Of a stretch of DNA of 64,000 nt, positions 17,755 to 27,900 are shown piece by piece. The number at the start of each line of letters is the position of its first letter. Position 1 is the first letter of the stretch. This DNA is from Anaerolineae bacterium (GTDB lineage: Bacteria > Chloroflexota > Anaerolineae > B4-G1 > DUEL01), in contig JBDOIF010000152.1 in assembly GCA_041082215.1 (NCBI GenBank), forward strand, positions 1,235 to 65,234, in the 5' to 3' direction. Both the position numbers and the translations under genes were made by a program. The notes below the pieces were generated by a model. It did not search any database, was not told the DNA's origin, and saw nothing but the letters and a program-made list of their open reading frames with translations.

Positions 17755-19683
17755 TCAGCCCCTGCTTCCTTCTTCTCTGTCTGTTTGCTCCTCCCGTTCC
17801 ATCTGTGCCAGCACACGCGCCACTTCCTCGATGGCGATCCGCTGCTTCCGATACAGGTCAGATTCGCTCATCGCCAGCCGCATCGCCACATCCCGTACCC
17901 GGAGCCCCTTAATGAATTTTAGCTCCAGGATGTTGTAGAGCAACCACTCCGCTGCCGTCATGCTCCGGTTCCCCTGAGGTCGAAGCCGTTCGATCGCATC
18001 GCGCAGGACGGCCCGGAGGGCATTGACGGAGCTGCCGTATCGCTCCGATGCCCGCCTGACCACCCGAAGGCCGAGCAGGGGGCTGTGGGTCAGTTCGGGG
18101 CCGCCCCAGTAGTCGGAAAGGGCGCCCCGCACCCATCGGGTGAATTCGGCGTTCACGGCCGGGTCGGCCAGGTCGGTGAGGGCCGTCGGCCCCTCGTACC
18201 GCAACACCCCCCGCCGTCGCTGGATCTCCTCGATCTGGGGGATCATCTGCTCCAGCGCGCCGAAGAGGCCCTGCTGGATCAGCCGGTCCTCCAGCGCTGC
18301 CTCCACCTGCCCGACGAGGGTCAACAGCCCCTCCTCCTCCTCCGGCGATAGATCAGGCTCCGGCACCCGGGCGGCGAGCCCCAGAATGCCGATCACCGTC
18401 TCGCCCGAGCGGGTGTGCAGGGGCAGAAGCCAGTAGCCGTCCCAGACGAAGAATCGGCCGTAGGGGCGCAGGCTCCGTTCCCCACCTTCCTTTGCAACGG
18501 CCGTCACCGCTTCAGGGGGCAACGCTTCGGTGGAAAGGCCAAGGGAGCCACAGATCACCTCCAGGCGGGCCTGCCCTCCATCCACAACAGCAATGAAGGC
18601 GGCGGAGGTGCGCAGCAGATCGCAGAGGGCGGTCAGGACGTTCTCCAGAAACTGACGGAGGTCGGTCGTGGTCAGCAACCGATTGCTCAACCCCTGCAGC
18701 CACTCAATCTCCTCCCGATCCCGCCGGTACAGCAACCGGTCAATCAGCGGCTTGGAGAGCTCCACTCCCAGTTGGATCAGGAGGATGGTGATCACCACAC
18801 CGAAGAGGGTCAGGCGGAGGGCGGGAAGCCCCAGGAAGCCGTCAGCGCGGGAGGCGGCGATGACGACCATCACCACTGCCGTCGCCTGCACCGGCCCCCG
18901 GAGGAGATAGCGGACGAAGCGATGCTTCACCACGCGGTCAGGGGTCAGCGCGCCGAAGAAGGCCACGGTATAGGCCATCACCAGCAACATCAGGCCAACG
19001 GCCAGGTTGCCGAAGATCAGCACCACCCACAAAAGCGCGCCAGGGAGCTGCTGTGGCCAGCCGGTGATGAGCAGGTAGGGGAAGACCCCCGCCGCAGGCG
19101 CGGCGAAGGAGAACGCCAGGTAGGTCATACGGCGACGGGAGGTGGAGGTAAGGCAGCGGGTCCACGCCTTGACGACGTTCCGCCCTCCCCATCCCACGGC
19201 CACGGTGAAATACATGAAGAAGGCCCAGAAATGGGGGCCGGCTTTGAGATGGAAGGCGCCAGCTTCCTGGGTTCCGTCCTTCACCAGAATATCGGTGAGG
19301 GCGGCTATGGCGAGCATCAACCCTCCGAGTCCGTAGGCCACCCGGACGGCGAGGGAACGGGAACGGCTGCGGTCGTTGGTTGTCTGGAGAAGGGCGTCGC
19401 TGAAGTGGAGATAGGCGGCGGGGGTGAAGGCAATCCCCAACCATTGCAGCCGCAACCAGCGGAGGGCCGCCTCCAGCGTGGCCCCCGCCACAGCCAGGTC
19501 AACAAAATAGACGATGAGAACGCAGGCCAGAAGGGCGCAGAAGGCCCGGGCCACATTGTTGCGGAAGTTATAGATGAGAATATAGACCAGAAGGGCAAAG
19601 GAGAGAATGACGATCCCCGAAGTGAAGACCGCGTTGATCAGCGAGAGCAAGCCCACCCAGTCCACAGAAGATATCCCCACCAT
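17755..19683 (-). CDS. Polytopic membrane sensor with cytoplasmic GAF-like domain and C-terminal sigma-70-region-4/LuxR-like HTH
   Basis: About 10 predicted TM helices over the first ~300 aa; a GAF-like region; the C-terminal RSMTAAEWLLYNILELKFIKGLRVRDVAMRLAMSESDLYRKQRIAIEEV is a region-4-type HTH. Confidence 0.5.
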   Translation of the reverse strand: MVGISSVDWVGLLSLINAVFTSGIVILSFALLVYILIYNFRNNVARAFCALLACVLIVYFVDLAVAGATLEAALRWLRLQWLGIAFTPAAYLHFSDALLQTTNDRSRSRSLAVRVAYGLGGLMLAIAALTDILVKDGTQEAGAFHLKAGPHFWAFFMYFTVAVGWGGRNVVKAWTRCLTSTSRRRMTYLAFSFAAPAAGVFPYLLITGWPQQLPGALLWVVLIFGNLAVGLMLLVMAYTVAFFGALTPDRVVKHRFVRYLLRGPVQATAVVMVVIAASRADGFLGLPALRLTLFGVVITILLIQLGVELSKPLIDRLLYRRDREEIEWLQGLSNRLLTTTDLRQFLENVLTALCDLLRTSAAFIAVVDGGQARLEVICGSLGLSTEALPPEAVTAVAKEGGERSLRPYGRFFVWDGYWLLPLHTRSGETVIGILGLAARVPEPDLSPEEEEGLLTLVGQVEAALEDRLIQQGLFGALEQMIPQIEEIQRRRGVLRYEGPTALTDLADPAVNAEFTRWVRGALSDYWGGPELTHSPLLGLRVVRRASERYGSSVNALRAVLRDAIERLRPQGNRSMTAAEWLLYNILELKFIKGLRVRDVAMRLAMSESDLYRKQRIAIEEVARVLAQMEREEQTDREEGSRG

Positions 19684-19713
19684 ACCCGGCTTCGTTTCAC
19701 AAACGCTTTCAAC

Positions 19714-20253
19714 TCAAATCCGTCTGCGCAGGGCCAGTCCGAACAGCAGGGCGATATCCTGCGAGCGCCAGTGCTGGTCGTGGTAGCCGCAGAAGGAAAG
19801 GCCCAGCGACCGGCAGAAGCGGACCCCCGGATCGTTTCGCGTCTGTACTTCCACCACAAGCCGCCGCAGGTCCTGGCTCACTGCCCAGGCAGCGGCCTCG
19901 TGAAGGAGCTGACTGCCAACGCCCTGTCGCCGCCGGGCCGGCTCCACGACCAGGTCCTGCACCCAGACTATCCCGTGCCCCAGGAGGGTCCGCGCTGCCA
20001 GGTAGCCCCAGATTTTCCCCTCGTCGGTCGCCACCAGGAAGAGATCGCACCCCTTCCAGCCGTCCACCAGCTCTTCCCCCTGGCGGGGGTAGGGGAGGCG
20101 GACCTGACGGGGCAGGCGCACGGGCTGAAAGGCGATGGTGACCGCCCCCTCGTGCTCCTGCTCCTCCATCCGCCAGGCGTACTCGGTGAGGATGGAGTGG
20201 TCCAGACGAAAACAGGCCTCCAGGTCCGCAGGACGGGCCTCGCGGATGCGCAC
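19714..20253 (-). CDS. GNAT-family N-acetyltransferase
   Basis: Acetyl-CoA binding motif RRQGVGSQLL and overall GNAT topology. Confidence 0.75.
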   Translation of the reverse strand: MRIREARPADLEACFRLDHSILTEYAWRMEEQEHEGAVTIAFQPVRLPRQVRLPYPRQGEELVDGWKGCDLFLVATDEGKIWGYLAARTLLGHGIVWVQDLVVEPARRRQGVGSQLLHEAAAWAVSQDLRRLVVEVQTRNDPGVRFCRSLGLSFCGYHDQHWRSQDIALLFGLALRRRI

Positions 20254-20336
20254 GATGCTCCCTCCAGCTCAGGTGGGTTTATTCTACCATCGGAAACTGG
20301 AGGGGACAAGTGGGGTGGAGGGGAGGGAATTGATGG

Positions 20337-20365
20337 TTGCATCTCCCCTTCAAGTCTGCTATAAT
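20337..20365 (+). promoter_or_regulatory. Near-consensus extended -10 promoter (TTGCAT-N17-TGcTATAAT)
   Basis: TTGCAT at 20337..20342, TGc at 20357..20359 and TATAAT at 20360..20365; GGGAGGG RBS and ATG at 20404 follow. Confidence 0.5.
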
Positions 20366-20403
20366 GTGTAAAATCGTATTGCGCACAGAGCGCGGGAGGG
20401 AAG

Positions 20404-21000
20404 ATGCAGATCGTGCAGGCATTCCTCAGTCTCTCTACGGCCTTCGGCCTCTCCGCGTCCGCCGGGCTGAATGCCTACATCCCTCTGCTGACCATCGCAC
20501 TGGTGGACCGGTTGACTGATGGCCTCATAGACCTGCAGGGGCCGTGGGTCTGGCTGAGCAGTTGGTGGACCATTGGGGTGCTGGCAGTGCTGCTGACGGT
20601 CGAGCTGCTGGTGGATAAGGTCCCCGCCCTGGACACCGTCAACGACATCATCCAGACAGTGGTCCGCCCCGCAGCAGGGGCGATCCTCTTTGCAGCTTCC
20701 ACCCGCGCCATCGGCCTTCACCCCGTTCTGGCCGCCATCTGCGGCGTGATCCTGGCGGGCGGTGTGCACACGGTCAAGGCGGGGGGGCGGCCCGTGGTGA
20801 CGGCCACCACCGGGGGCACAGCCAACCCCATCGTCAGCACCATAGAGGACATCGTCGCCGCGATCGGCTCTGTCATCGCCGTTGTCTACCCTTATCTGGT
20901 GGTCGTTTTCTTCCTGCTGCTGGTCCTGCTGATCGTCCTGCTGGTGGTCTGGCGGCGGCGGCGTGCGGCGGCGGGACACACTCACGCGAAAGGGAGCTGA
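20404..21000 (+). CDS. DUF4126-family membrane protein
   Basis: Four hydrophobic helices with the pattern LVDKVPALDTVNDIIQTVVRPAAGA typical of DUF4126. Confidence 0.5.
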   Translation: MQIVQAFLSLSTAFGLSASAGLNAYIPLLTIALVDRLTDGLIDLQGPWVWLSSWWTIGVLAVLLTVELLVDKVPALDTVNDIIQTVVRPAAGAILFAASTRAIGLHPVLAAICGVILAGGVHTVKAGGRPVVTATTGGTANPIVSTIEDIVAAIGSVIAVVYPYLVVVFFLLLVLLIVLLVVWRRRRAAAGHTHAKGS

Positions 21001-21003
21001 GAA

Positions 21004-21327
21004 ATGGAACAACAACCCTACGGTTACGGCTACACGCCAGCTCCGCCGACCAGTGGGCTGGCCATCGTCTCCCTGATCTCCAGCATCCTCGGGCTGACCT
21101 TCCTCCCCGTCGTCGGGAGCATTGTCGGCCTGATCCTGGGCTATATGGCCAGGCGGCAGATTCAGGAGAGCGCCGGCGCTCAGGGCGGTGAAGGGCTGGC
21201 CAAAGCGGGGATCATCGTCGGCTGGGTAGGCATCGGCCTGTTTGTCCTGGGTATCTGCATCGCGCTTGCGATCATCGCTATGAGCGGTGGCCTGGCCGCC
21301 TGCGCAGCGTTGGGGAACTTCCAGTAA
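21004..21327 (+). CDS. DUF4190-family small membrane protein
   Basis: Two-TM protein in which the GLILGYMARRQI pattern lies between the helices. Confidence 0.5.
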   Translation: MEQQPYGYGYTPAPPTSGLAIVSLISSILGLTFLPVVGSIVGLILGYMARRQIQESAGAQGGEGLAKAGIIVGWVGIGLFVLGICIALAIIAMSGGLAACAALGNFQ

Positions 21328-21329
21328 CT

Positions 21330-21602
21330 TTGCCTGTCCCCCGTTCCCCTTACCCGTCCTTCCTTGCCCTGGGGATCGGCGTGGTGAGCCTGGGCCTGCT
21401 GCCCTTCATCCCCATCCTTCCAGGGCTGGGGAGCCTGCTGGCCCTGACGCTGGGCCTGCTGGCCTACCGCCGTCTGCCCGCAGGGCGGAGAGGGAGGGCG
21501 GTCGTAACTATAGCCATCGGAGGAATGGGGGCCATGCTGGCGTTGACCCAGCTACTGGCCGCTCTCCTTGCTGTGCTCGCCGCTCCCGGCGCCGAAAGAT
21601 AG
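21330..21602 (+). CDS. Small membrane protein, DUF4190-like paralog
   Basis: Hydrophobic two-helix protein immediately after the previous gene; start uncertain. Confidence 0.4.
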   Translation: MPVPRSPYPSFLALGIGVVSLGLLPFIPILPGLGSLLALTLGLLAYRRLPAGRRGRAVVTIAIGGMGAMLALTQLLAALLAVLAAPGAER

Positions 21603-21680
21603 GTTGGGGGGTGGCAAGGGCTGGCCGCGCTCCTCTTGTCCAGACGTTTTTCCAGTTCATCCTCATTCAGGAGAGAAACG

Positions 21681-21884
21681 ATGGGAGAACAGGGTTACGA
21701 GACATTCGAAGCTCCAGTCCAGAAGAAGAGCAACAGAGGGCTTATCATCGCCATCATCGTTATCGCTGTCCTGCTCTGTTGCTGCTGCGTGGCGCTCCTG
21801 GCCTTCGGCTGGTTCTACGGGGACCAGATCCTGGAAGCCCTGAAGCAGATGGGCCGGGTGATGCCCGCGCTGCCGATCGGTTAG
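21681..21884 (+). CDS. Small single-TM membrane protein
   Basis: MGEQGYETFEAPVQKK, then a TM helix with a CCCC run; start set at the internal ATG. Confidence 0.35.
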   Translation: MGEQGYETFEAPVQKKSNRGLIIAIIVIAVLLCCCCVALLAFGWFYGDQILEALKQMGRVMPALPIG

Positions 21885-21918
21885 TACCTTCTCCACAATC
21901 CTGCCGGTCTCACCATAA

Positions 21919-21976
21919 GGACACGGAGAACACGGAGCCCCTCACGGGTCCTCCGTGTCCTCCGTGTCTCCGTGGT
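21919..21976. repeat. Inverted arrangement of CACGGAGA nonamer/heptamer repeats forming a hairpin
   Basis: ggACACGGAGAACACGGAG...gtCCTCCGTGTCCTCCGTGTCTCCGTGg, between the small membrane gene and uvrC; same family as 28336..28364. Confidence 0.55.
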
Positions 21977-22026
21977 TTCTGATACGATGTTCTTTCCCGG
22001 CCGGATGGTCGGGCGGCCTGTACGGG

Positions 22027-23889
22027 ATGATGAGAGCCGGTATTCCAGAAGCTGTCCTGCAGGTCCTGCAAAACCTGCCTGCCCGCCCCGGCGTCTATCT
22101 GATGCACGACGCCAGGGGACAGGTGATCTACGTGGGCAAGGCGGTCAACCTCCGCAATCGGGTTCGTTCCTACTTCACCTCCTCCGCCCAGGAGAGCGCC
22201 AAAATCCGACGGCTGGTGGCAGAGGTGACGGAGCTGGAATTTATCGTCACCGATACGGAGCTGGAAGCTCTCATCCTCGAGGCCAACCTCATCAAGAGCC
22301 ACCGCCCCCGCTTCAATGTGCGGCTTCGGGACGACAAGCGGTACCCCTATATCAAGATCACCTGGGCGGACCCCTTTCCCCGGGTCCTGATCACGAGGCG
22401 GATGGAACGGGACGGCAGCCGGTACTTCGGCCCGTATACCTCCGCTTCGGCGGTCCGGGAGACGCTGGAGATGCTCCGGCGGACCTTCCCCTACCTCACC
22501 TGCGATCGGGAGATCACGGGGAAGGACGAGCGGGCCTGCCTCTACCACGACATCAGGCTCTGTCTGGCTCCATGCATCGGTGCGGTGAGCCAGGAGGAGT
22601 ACCGGGCGATGATCCGGGGGCTGATCCGCTTCCTGGAGGGGCGCGGCGAGGAGGTGCTGGACGACCTGGAGGCACGGATGCGGGCGGCTGCCGACGGGCT
22701 GGACTTCGAGCGGGCGGCGCTCCTGCGGGATCAGCTCCAGGCGGCGCGACGGGTGGTGGAGCGACAGAAAATCGTCGCCACGGCCGGCAGCGACCAGGAC
22801 GTGATCGCCTTCGCCCGGGACGACGGCAACGCCTGCGCGCAGGTCTTCTTCATCCGCGGCGGCAAGCTCCTGGGACGGGAATATTTCCTGCTGGAAGGGG
22901 CCGAGGCGGAAGAGGACCGGGAGGTGATGGCCGCCTTCCTCAAGCAGTTCTACGAGGAGGCAGCCTATGTTCCGCCGGAGGTCATCCTGCCAGAGGACGT
23001 GGACGAGGCCCTTGTGATCGAGGAGTGGCTGCGCTCCAAGCGGGGGGCGAAGGTGGCCCTCCGGGTCCCCCGTCGGGGGCGGAAGCGGGAGCTGGTGCAG
23101 ATGGCGGCGGAGAACGCAGCCCAGATGCTGGCCGTGGTCCGTGCCCAGTGGGAGACGGACGCCCACAAGCAGGAACAGGCACTGGACGAGCTGCAGGAGG
23201 CGCTGGGGCTGCCCAATCGCCCTGCCCGCATCGAATGCTACGACATCTCCACCACCCAGGGGGCCCAGCCAACGGGGAGCCTGGTGGTCTTCGAACAGGG
23301 GGTGCCCCGTAAGTCCCACTACCGCCGCTTCACGGTCCGCACCGTGGAGGGGCCGGACGACTACGCCTGTATGCGGGAGGTGCTGACCCGCCGGTTCGAG
23401 CGGTGGCAGGCTGCCACGTCGGAGGAGCTGAAGGGAGCGCGGGAGATCAAGGCGTGGGCGCTTCTGCCGGACCTCCTGATCGTGGACGGGGGAAAGGGGC
23501 AGTTGGCTGTGGCAGTGGAGGTGCTGGAGCGTTTCGGTCTACGGGATCGGGTGCCGGCGGCGGCGCTGGCTAAAAGGGAGGAGGAGCTTTTCCTGCCGGG
23601 GCTGCCCCAACCAGTGCGGCTGCCAGAGGGGTCCCAGGGGCTTTTTCTCCTCCAGCGCATTCGGGATGAGGCCCACCGCTTCGCCATCGCCCACCACCGG
23701 CTGCGACGGGGGCGGGCAGGGCTGGCTTCCGAGCTGGACGGGATCCCGGGCGTCGGGCCGGCCCGGAGACGGGCGCTGCTGCGGGCCTTCGGCTCGGTGG
23801 AGCGGATCCGGGCCGCCAGCGTGGAGGAGTTGACCGCCGTGCCGGGCATCTCCCGCAGGGTGGCAGAGGCGATTAAGGAACATCTCTAG
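22027..23889 (+). CDS. uvrC: Excinuclease ABC subunit C
   Basis: GIY-YIG N-terminus (GVYLMHDARGQVIYVGKAVNLRNRVRSYF), UvrC central domain, C-terminal RNaseH-like and HhH regions. Start set at MMRAG. Confidence 0.9.
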   Translation: MMRAGIPEAVLQVLQNLPARPGVYLMHDARGQVIYVGKAVNLRNRVRSYFTSSAQESAKIRRLVAEVTELEFIVTDTELEALILEANLIKSHRPRFNVRLRDDKRYPYIKITWADPFPRVLITRRMERDGSRYFGPYTSASAVRETLEMLRRTFPYLTCDREITGKDERACLYHDIRLCLAPCIGAVSQEEYRAMIRGLIRFLEGRGEEVLDDLEARMRAAADGLDFERAALLRDQLQAARRVVERQKIVATAGSDQDVIAFARDDGNACAQVFFIRGGKLLGREYFLLEGAEAEEDREVMAAFLKQFYEEAAYVPPEVILPEDVDEALVIEEWLRSKRGAKVALRVPRRGRKRELVQMAAENAAQMLAVVRAQWETDAHKQEQALDELQEALGLPNRPARIECYDISTTQGAQPTGSLVVFEQGVPRKSHYRRFTVRTVEGPDDYACMREVLTRRFERWQAATSEELKGAREIKAWALLPDLLIVDGGKGQLAVAVEVLERFGLRDRVPAAALAKREEELFLPGLPQPVRLPEGSQGLFLLQRIRDEAHRFAIAHHRLRRGRAGLASELDGIPGVGPARRRALLRAFGSVERIRAASVEELTAVPGISRRVAEAIKEHL

Positions 23890-23903
23890 GGGACGCGGAG
23901 ACG

Positions 23904-24905
23904 ATGAGGGCAATGCTTCTGCCCAGGCCCCGGCCAGCGGAGGAACGGCCGCTCGAGCTTGCCGACCTTCCCCTTCCCCAACCCGGCCCCGGCCAGGTCC
24001 GCATCCGGGTGCGGGCCTGCGGGGTCTGCCATACCGACCTCCACACGGTGGAAGGGGACCTCGCCCTGCCGAAGCTCCCCCTTGTCCCCGGCCACCAGAT
24101 CGTGGGGGTGGTGGAGGAAAGGGGAGAGGGGGCGGACCGGTTCGAGGTCGGGCAGCGGGTAGGGGTGCCCTGGCTCTACCATACCTGCGGCGCATGCGAG
24201 TTCTGCCGGCGGGGGCTGGAAAACCTCTGCACCGAGGCCCGCTTTACCGGCCTCCACGCCGACGGCGGCTACGCCGAGGCGATGGTGGCCCATCAGGACT
24301 TTGCCTATCCCCTCCCCGAAGGTTTCCCGGATGTGGCAGCGGCGCCTCTCCTCTGCGCGGGGATCATCGGCTACCGGGCGCTCAGGCTGAGCGGGGTGGA
24401 GCCAGGGCAGCGGCTGGGGATGTACGGCTTCGGCGGCTCGGCTCACATCACCATCCAGGTGGCCCGCCACTGGGGCTGCGAGGTCTACGTCTTCACCCGC
24501 AGCGAAAGCCACCGACGGCACGCCCTGGAGCTGGGGGCGGCCTGGGTGGGGGGCGCGGAAGAGGATCCCGGGGTCCGGCTGCACGGGAGCATCATTTTCG
24601 CTCCGGCAGGAAAGCTGGTGCCGGAGGCGCTTCGGGTGCTGGAGCGGGGCGGCACGCTGGCGCTGGCCGGAGTGACGATGACCCCCATCCCGGAGCTGGA
24701 TTACGACCGGCTGCTCTACTGGGAACGGTCGGTCAGAAGCGTGGCCAACTTCACCCGGCAGGATGCGGAAGAGCTGCTGGCGCTGGCCGCCGAGATCCCC
24801 ATCCGCACCACTGTGCAGACCTTTCCCCTGGAAGCGGCCAACGAGGCGCTGCTGGCCCTCAAGCGGAGCCAGATCGAAGGGACGGGGGTGCTGGTCATCG
24901 GATAG
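23904..24905 (+). CDS. Zinc-binding alcohol dehydrogenase (MDR family)
   Basis: GVCHTDLH zinc motif and Rossmann glycine motif GFGGSAH. Confidence 0.85.
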   Translation: MRAMLLPRPRPAEERPLELADLPLPQPGPGQVRIRVRACGVCHTDLHTVEGDLALPKLPLVPGHQIVGVVEERGEGADRFEVGQRVGVPWLYHTCGACEFCRRGLENLCTEARFTGLHADGGYAEAMVAHQDFAYPLPEGFPDVAAAPLLCAGIIGYRALRLSGVEPGQRLGMYGFGGSAHITIQVARHWGCEVYVFTRSESHRRHALELGAAWVGGAEEDPGVRLHGSIIFAPAGKLVPEALRVLERGGTLALAGVTMTPIPELDYDRLLYWERSVRSVANFTRQDAEELLALAAEIPIRTTVQTFPLEAANEALLALKRSQIEGTGVLVIG

Positions 24906-27900
24906 CGGCCGGCAACCGCGCCCGGAGCGGGGCCGGGAGGAGCGGCGCCAGCATTTCCCATTCCTGCGGGGTGATCGCCCGCAACCCAACCAGCGCCACC
25001 AGGTAGACCCCCAGCCCTGCCAGCCCTGCCAGCGGACGGTTCAGGAGAGCCACCCCTCCGGTCACCACACCCATCGCCAGCCCGGCCAGGGCCAGCCGCC
25101 CGATCGTCTGCCGCCAGCCCACCGGCCCCAACTGGCGGCGCAGGTCCAGGTAGAACAGCCCCGCCAGCAGCAGTTCTCCCCCCACGATGATCCACGCCGA
25201 GGCAATGTAGCTGAAAGCCGGCACGAAGAGGAGGTTTGCCACCACGGCGAAGACCACCCGCGCCCCTGAGGCCAGGAGGACGTACCGCTGGCGGTTGAGG
25301 GCGATCAGCACATAGTTGGTCAGGCTGTTGAGCCAGCCGAAGAGGATGGACCAGATCAGCAGCCGCAGCGCCGTCGCGCCATGGGGGAGGAACCGGCTGC
25401 CGCTGAGCAGCCCGACCAGCCCCGTCGCCGCCAGCGCGACCACCACCGCTACCGGCAACGCCACCGCCGTCAGCAGCTTGACGGAGAGCTGATAGGAGCG
25501 GCGGAGGCCGGCCCGGTCCTGGGCTGCCTGCTGGGACATCACCGGAAAGACGGCGAGGGTGAAGAAGGAGGGGATGATGTTCAGGGCGTCCACCCACTTG
25601 CGGGCGGCGTCATACCAGCCGACGGCGGCATCCCCCTGGAGGTTCTGGAGCAACAGCACGTTGACGCCCGGGAAGAGGGCCTGCAGCAGGATGGAGGCCA
25701 TCAGGGGCCAGCTCTCGGAGAGCATCAGCCGTTGCAGGGGCCAGGCCACCTGTTCGCGGGTGGGCGGAAGGCGGGACCAGACCAGCCGGTGGGCCAGTAC
25801 CGCCAGTACCGCCAGGGTCGCCAGGTTGGTCAGGACCGCCGCTCCGGCCAGCCCCACGATCCCCATCCCGGCCACCAGCACCAGCACCCCCAGCGTGACC
25901 CGCACCACCGTGGTCACCGTCTGGATGGCGGCGGGGATTTCGTGCTTTTCGAAGCCGCGAAAGAGGGCGGCAAACCCGTAGGCCACGCTCCCCGGCAGCA
26001 GGCCGACGTAGAGCAGCGCCGTCGCCCAGACCGTCTCCTCCGCCAGTGCCCCACCCAGCCCCTGCCATCCGGCCAGAAACCCCCCCAGCATGGGGGCCAC
26101 CGCGGCGTAGAGAAGTAGCCGGAGGACGGTGGTGTTGAGGAAAATCCTGCGCGCCTGATCCCGCTGACGGGCCACCTCCCGCATCATGTACATGTCCAGG
26201 CCGAAGTTGGCCAGCGTGTCAAACCAGAGGTAAATGTTGACCGCCGTCGCGTACTGGCCGTTCCCCACCGGTCCCAGGATGCGGGCCATCAGCGCGGCGA
26301 AGGCGAACTCGATGGCCCGGTTGAAGAGGTTGAGGACAATGGGGGCCAGAGAGTTCTTCGCCACCCGCCGGACGGTGCTGACCTCGTCCTCCTCCCGGTA
26401 AAAGAACCGCCAGAGGTAGAGGCCGACGAGGAAGAGCACCATCATCCCGGCGATGAAGGTGATGAAGGCGCCGACCTTCACGCTGTTGGGGCTGTATTTG
26501 AAGCGGACGGTCCAGGCCCCCGGCTCCAGGAATACTCCCCGGAAGTTCCCGTCCACCCGGGCCACTGCCACCTCCTGTTCTGCCTCTTCTCCCGCCCCCT
26601 GAGGCCGCACGAAGGCCCGCCAGCCGGGGAAGTAGGAGTCGGTCAGCACCAGCCAGCTCGGCTCGGAGACGCTGACATCAATAAAGACCTCGTTGAGGGT
26701 GTAGCTGGTGACTCGTTGCTGGTTGCTGATTGCTGGTTGCTCGCTGCCAGCAACCAGCGACCAGTGACCAGTTTCGAGTATTACGTAGCGGTGGGGGTCA
26801 TAGGTCCGCAGGGCCTGAGCGACGTCGTCGGCCACGACGGCGGCGGTGGCGGGGAGGGTAAAGGCGCGGGGGAGCGCCGAGAGGTTTTCGTACACTCGCA
26901 CCGCCTCGTCCTGATAGACCAACCGGTATTTGGCCGGGTTGGGGATTTCCACCTCGGTGACGATGTATTTGACGTTGAGCAGGTCGAGGAGGGGGCTATC
27001 GAGGCTGGACCACTGCCGGAGGGGGGCAATCCGATTGTACTGGAGCTGGTCCTGTGGCTCGATCAGCTCCATATAAGCGGCGTACTGCTGGGGAAAGATA
27101 GAGTCGTACCCATCCACTGCCTGGAGTCCGTAGAACATCCCCACATTGGCGTTCATTGTCTTGGTAGTGCCGGGCGGGGTGAAGGCGGCGTACCGCCAGA
27201 GGGAGCCGTCCTGCCGCAGGAACGCCACCACCGGCGGGGTGTAGTCCAGAAGCGCCGGGTCCACTGCCGGATGGAACCCCGCGCCGAAGGAGACCAGGTC
27301 CACCACCAGCACTGTCACGGCCAGGAACTCCCACACCGGCCGGCGGCGGAGGAAGATGGGGCAGCGGCTCACCCGCAGGGCGATGCCGGTGGCAGCAAGC
27401 AGCAGTCCGAAGAGGGCAACCCACCTGAACTCGTAGGAGTAGAAGGCCCGATGGTCGGGAAAGGCGCTGGAGGCCAGGGCCAGATTCCAGAAGGCCTGCT
27501 CCACCAGCGGCTCGATCTGTCCGAAGAAGGCCCGGCTGAGGACCAGCCCGACCAGGGTCACCACCCCTCCCCAGAAAGCCATCGCGGCCAGCAGGCTCAC
27601 CAGCGACGGAGCGGCGTCCAGGAGGAGAAACCTGCCCACTCCCCGCTTTCCCCCTCCTGTCCCCTCTTCCCTGCTTCGCCTCACCTCATCCACCCCGAAC
27701 CCTGCCAGCACCGCTACCGACAGGGTGAGGGGGAAGACCCAGCGGAAGGGAGAGTGGGACTGGTGGAGGTAGGGCAGGGCGTAGACGAGGGCGTAGAGGG
27801 GGGTTCCGAAGATGCAGCCGAAGGAGAAGAAGGCGAGAAGGGTAAAAAAGGCACCGATCGCAGGGCGCATAGCGCAGGGCAGCCTGCGGAATACGCAATA

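Noticed and set aside
18415-20364. 649-aa plus-strand ORF
   Set aside because: Antisense to the membrane GAF-HTH sensor and GNAT genes; Gly/Glu/His-rich with no recognisable domains.
21972-23312. 446-aa plus-strand ORF, and similar +1/+2 frame ORFs (1946..2857, 24194..25006, 25381..26118, 26716..28275)
   Set aside because: Alternative frames overlapping uvrC, the S51-like gene and the YfhO-Wzx gene; Ala/Gly/Arg/Pro-rich, no motifs.
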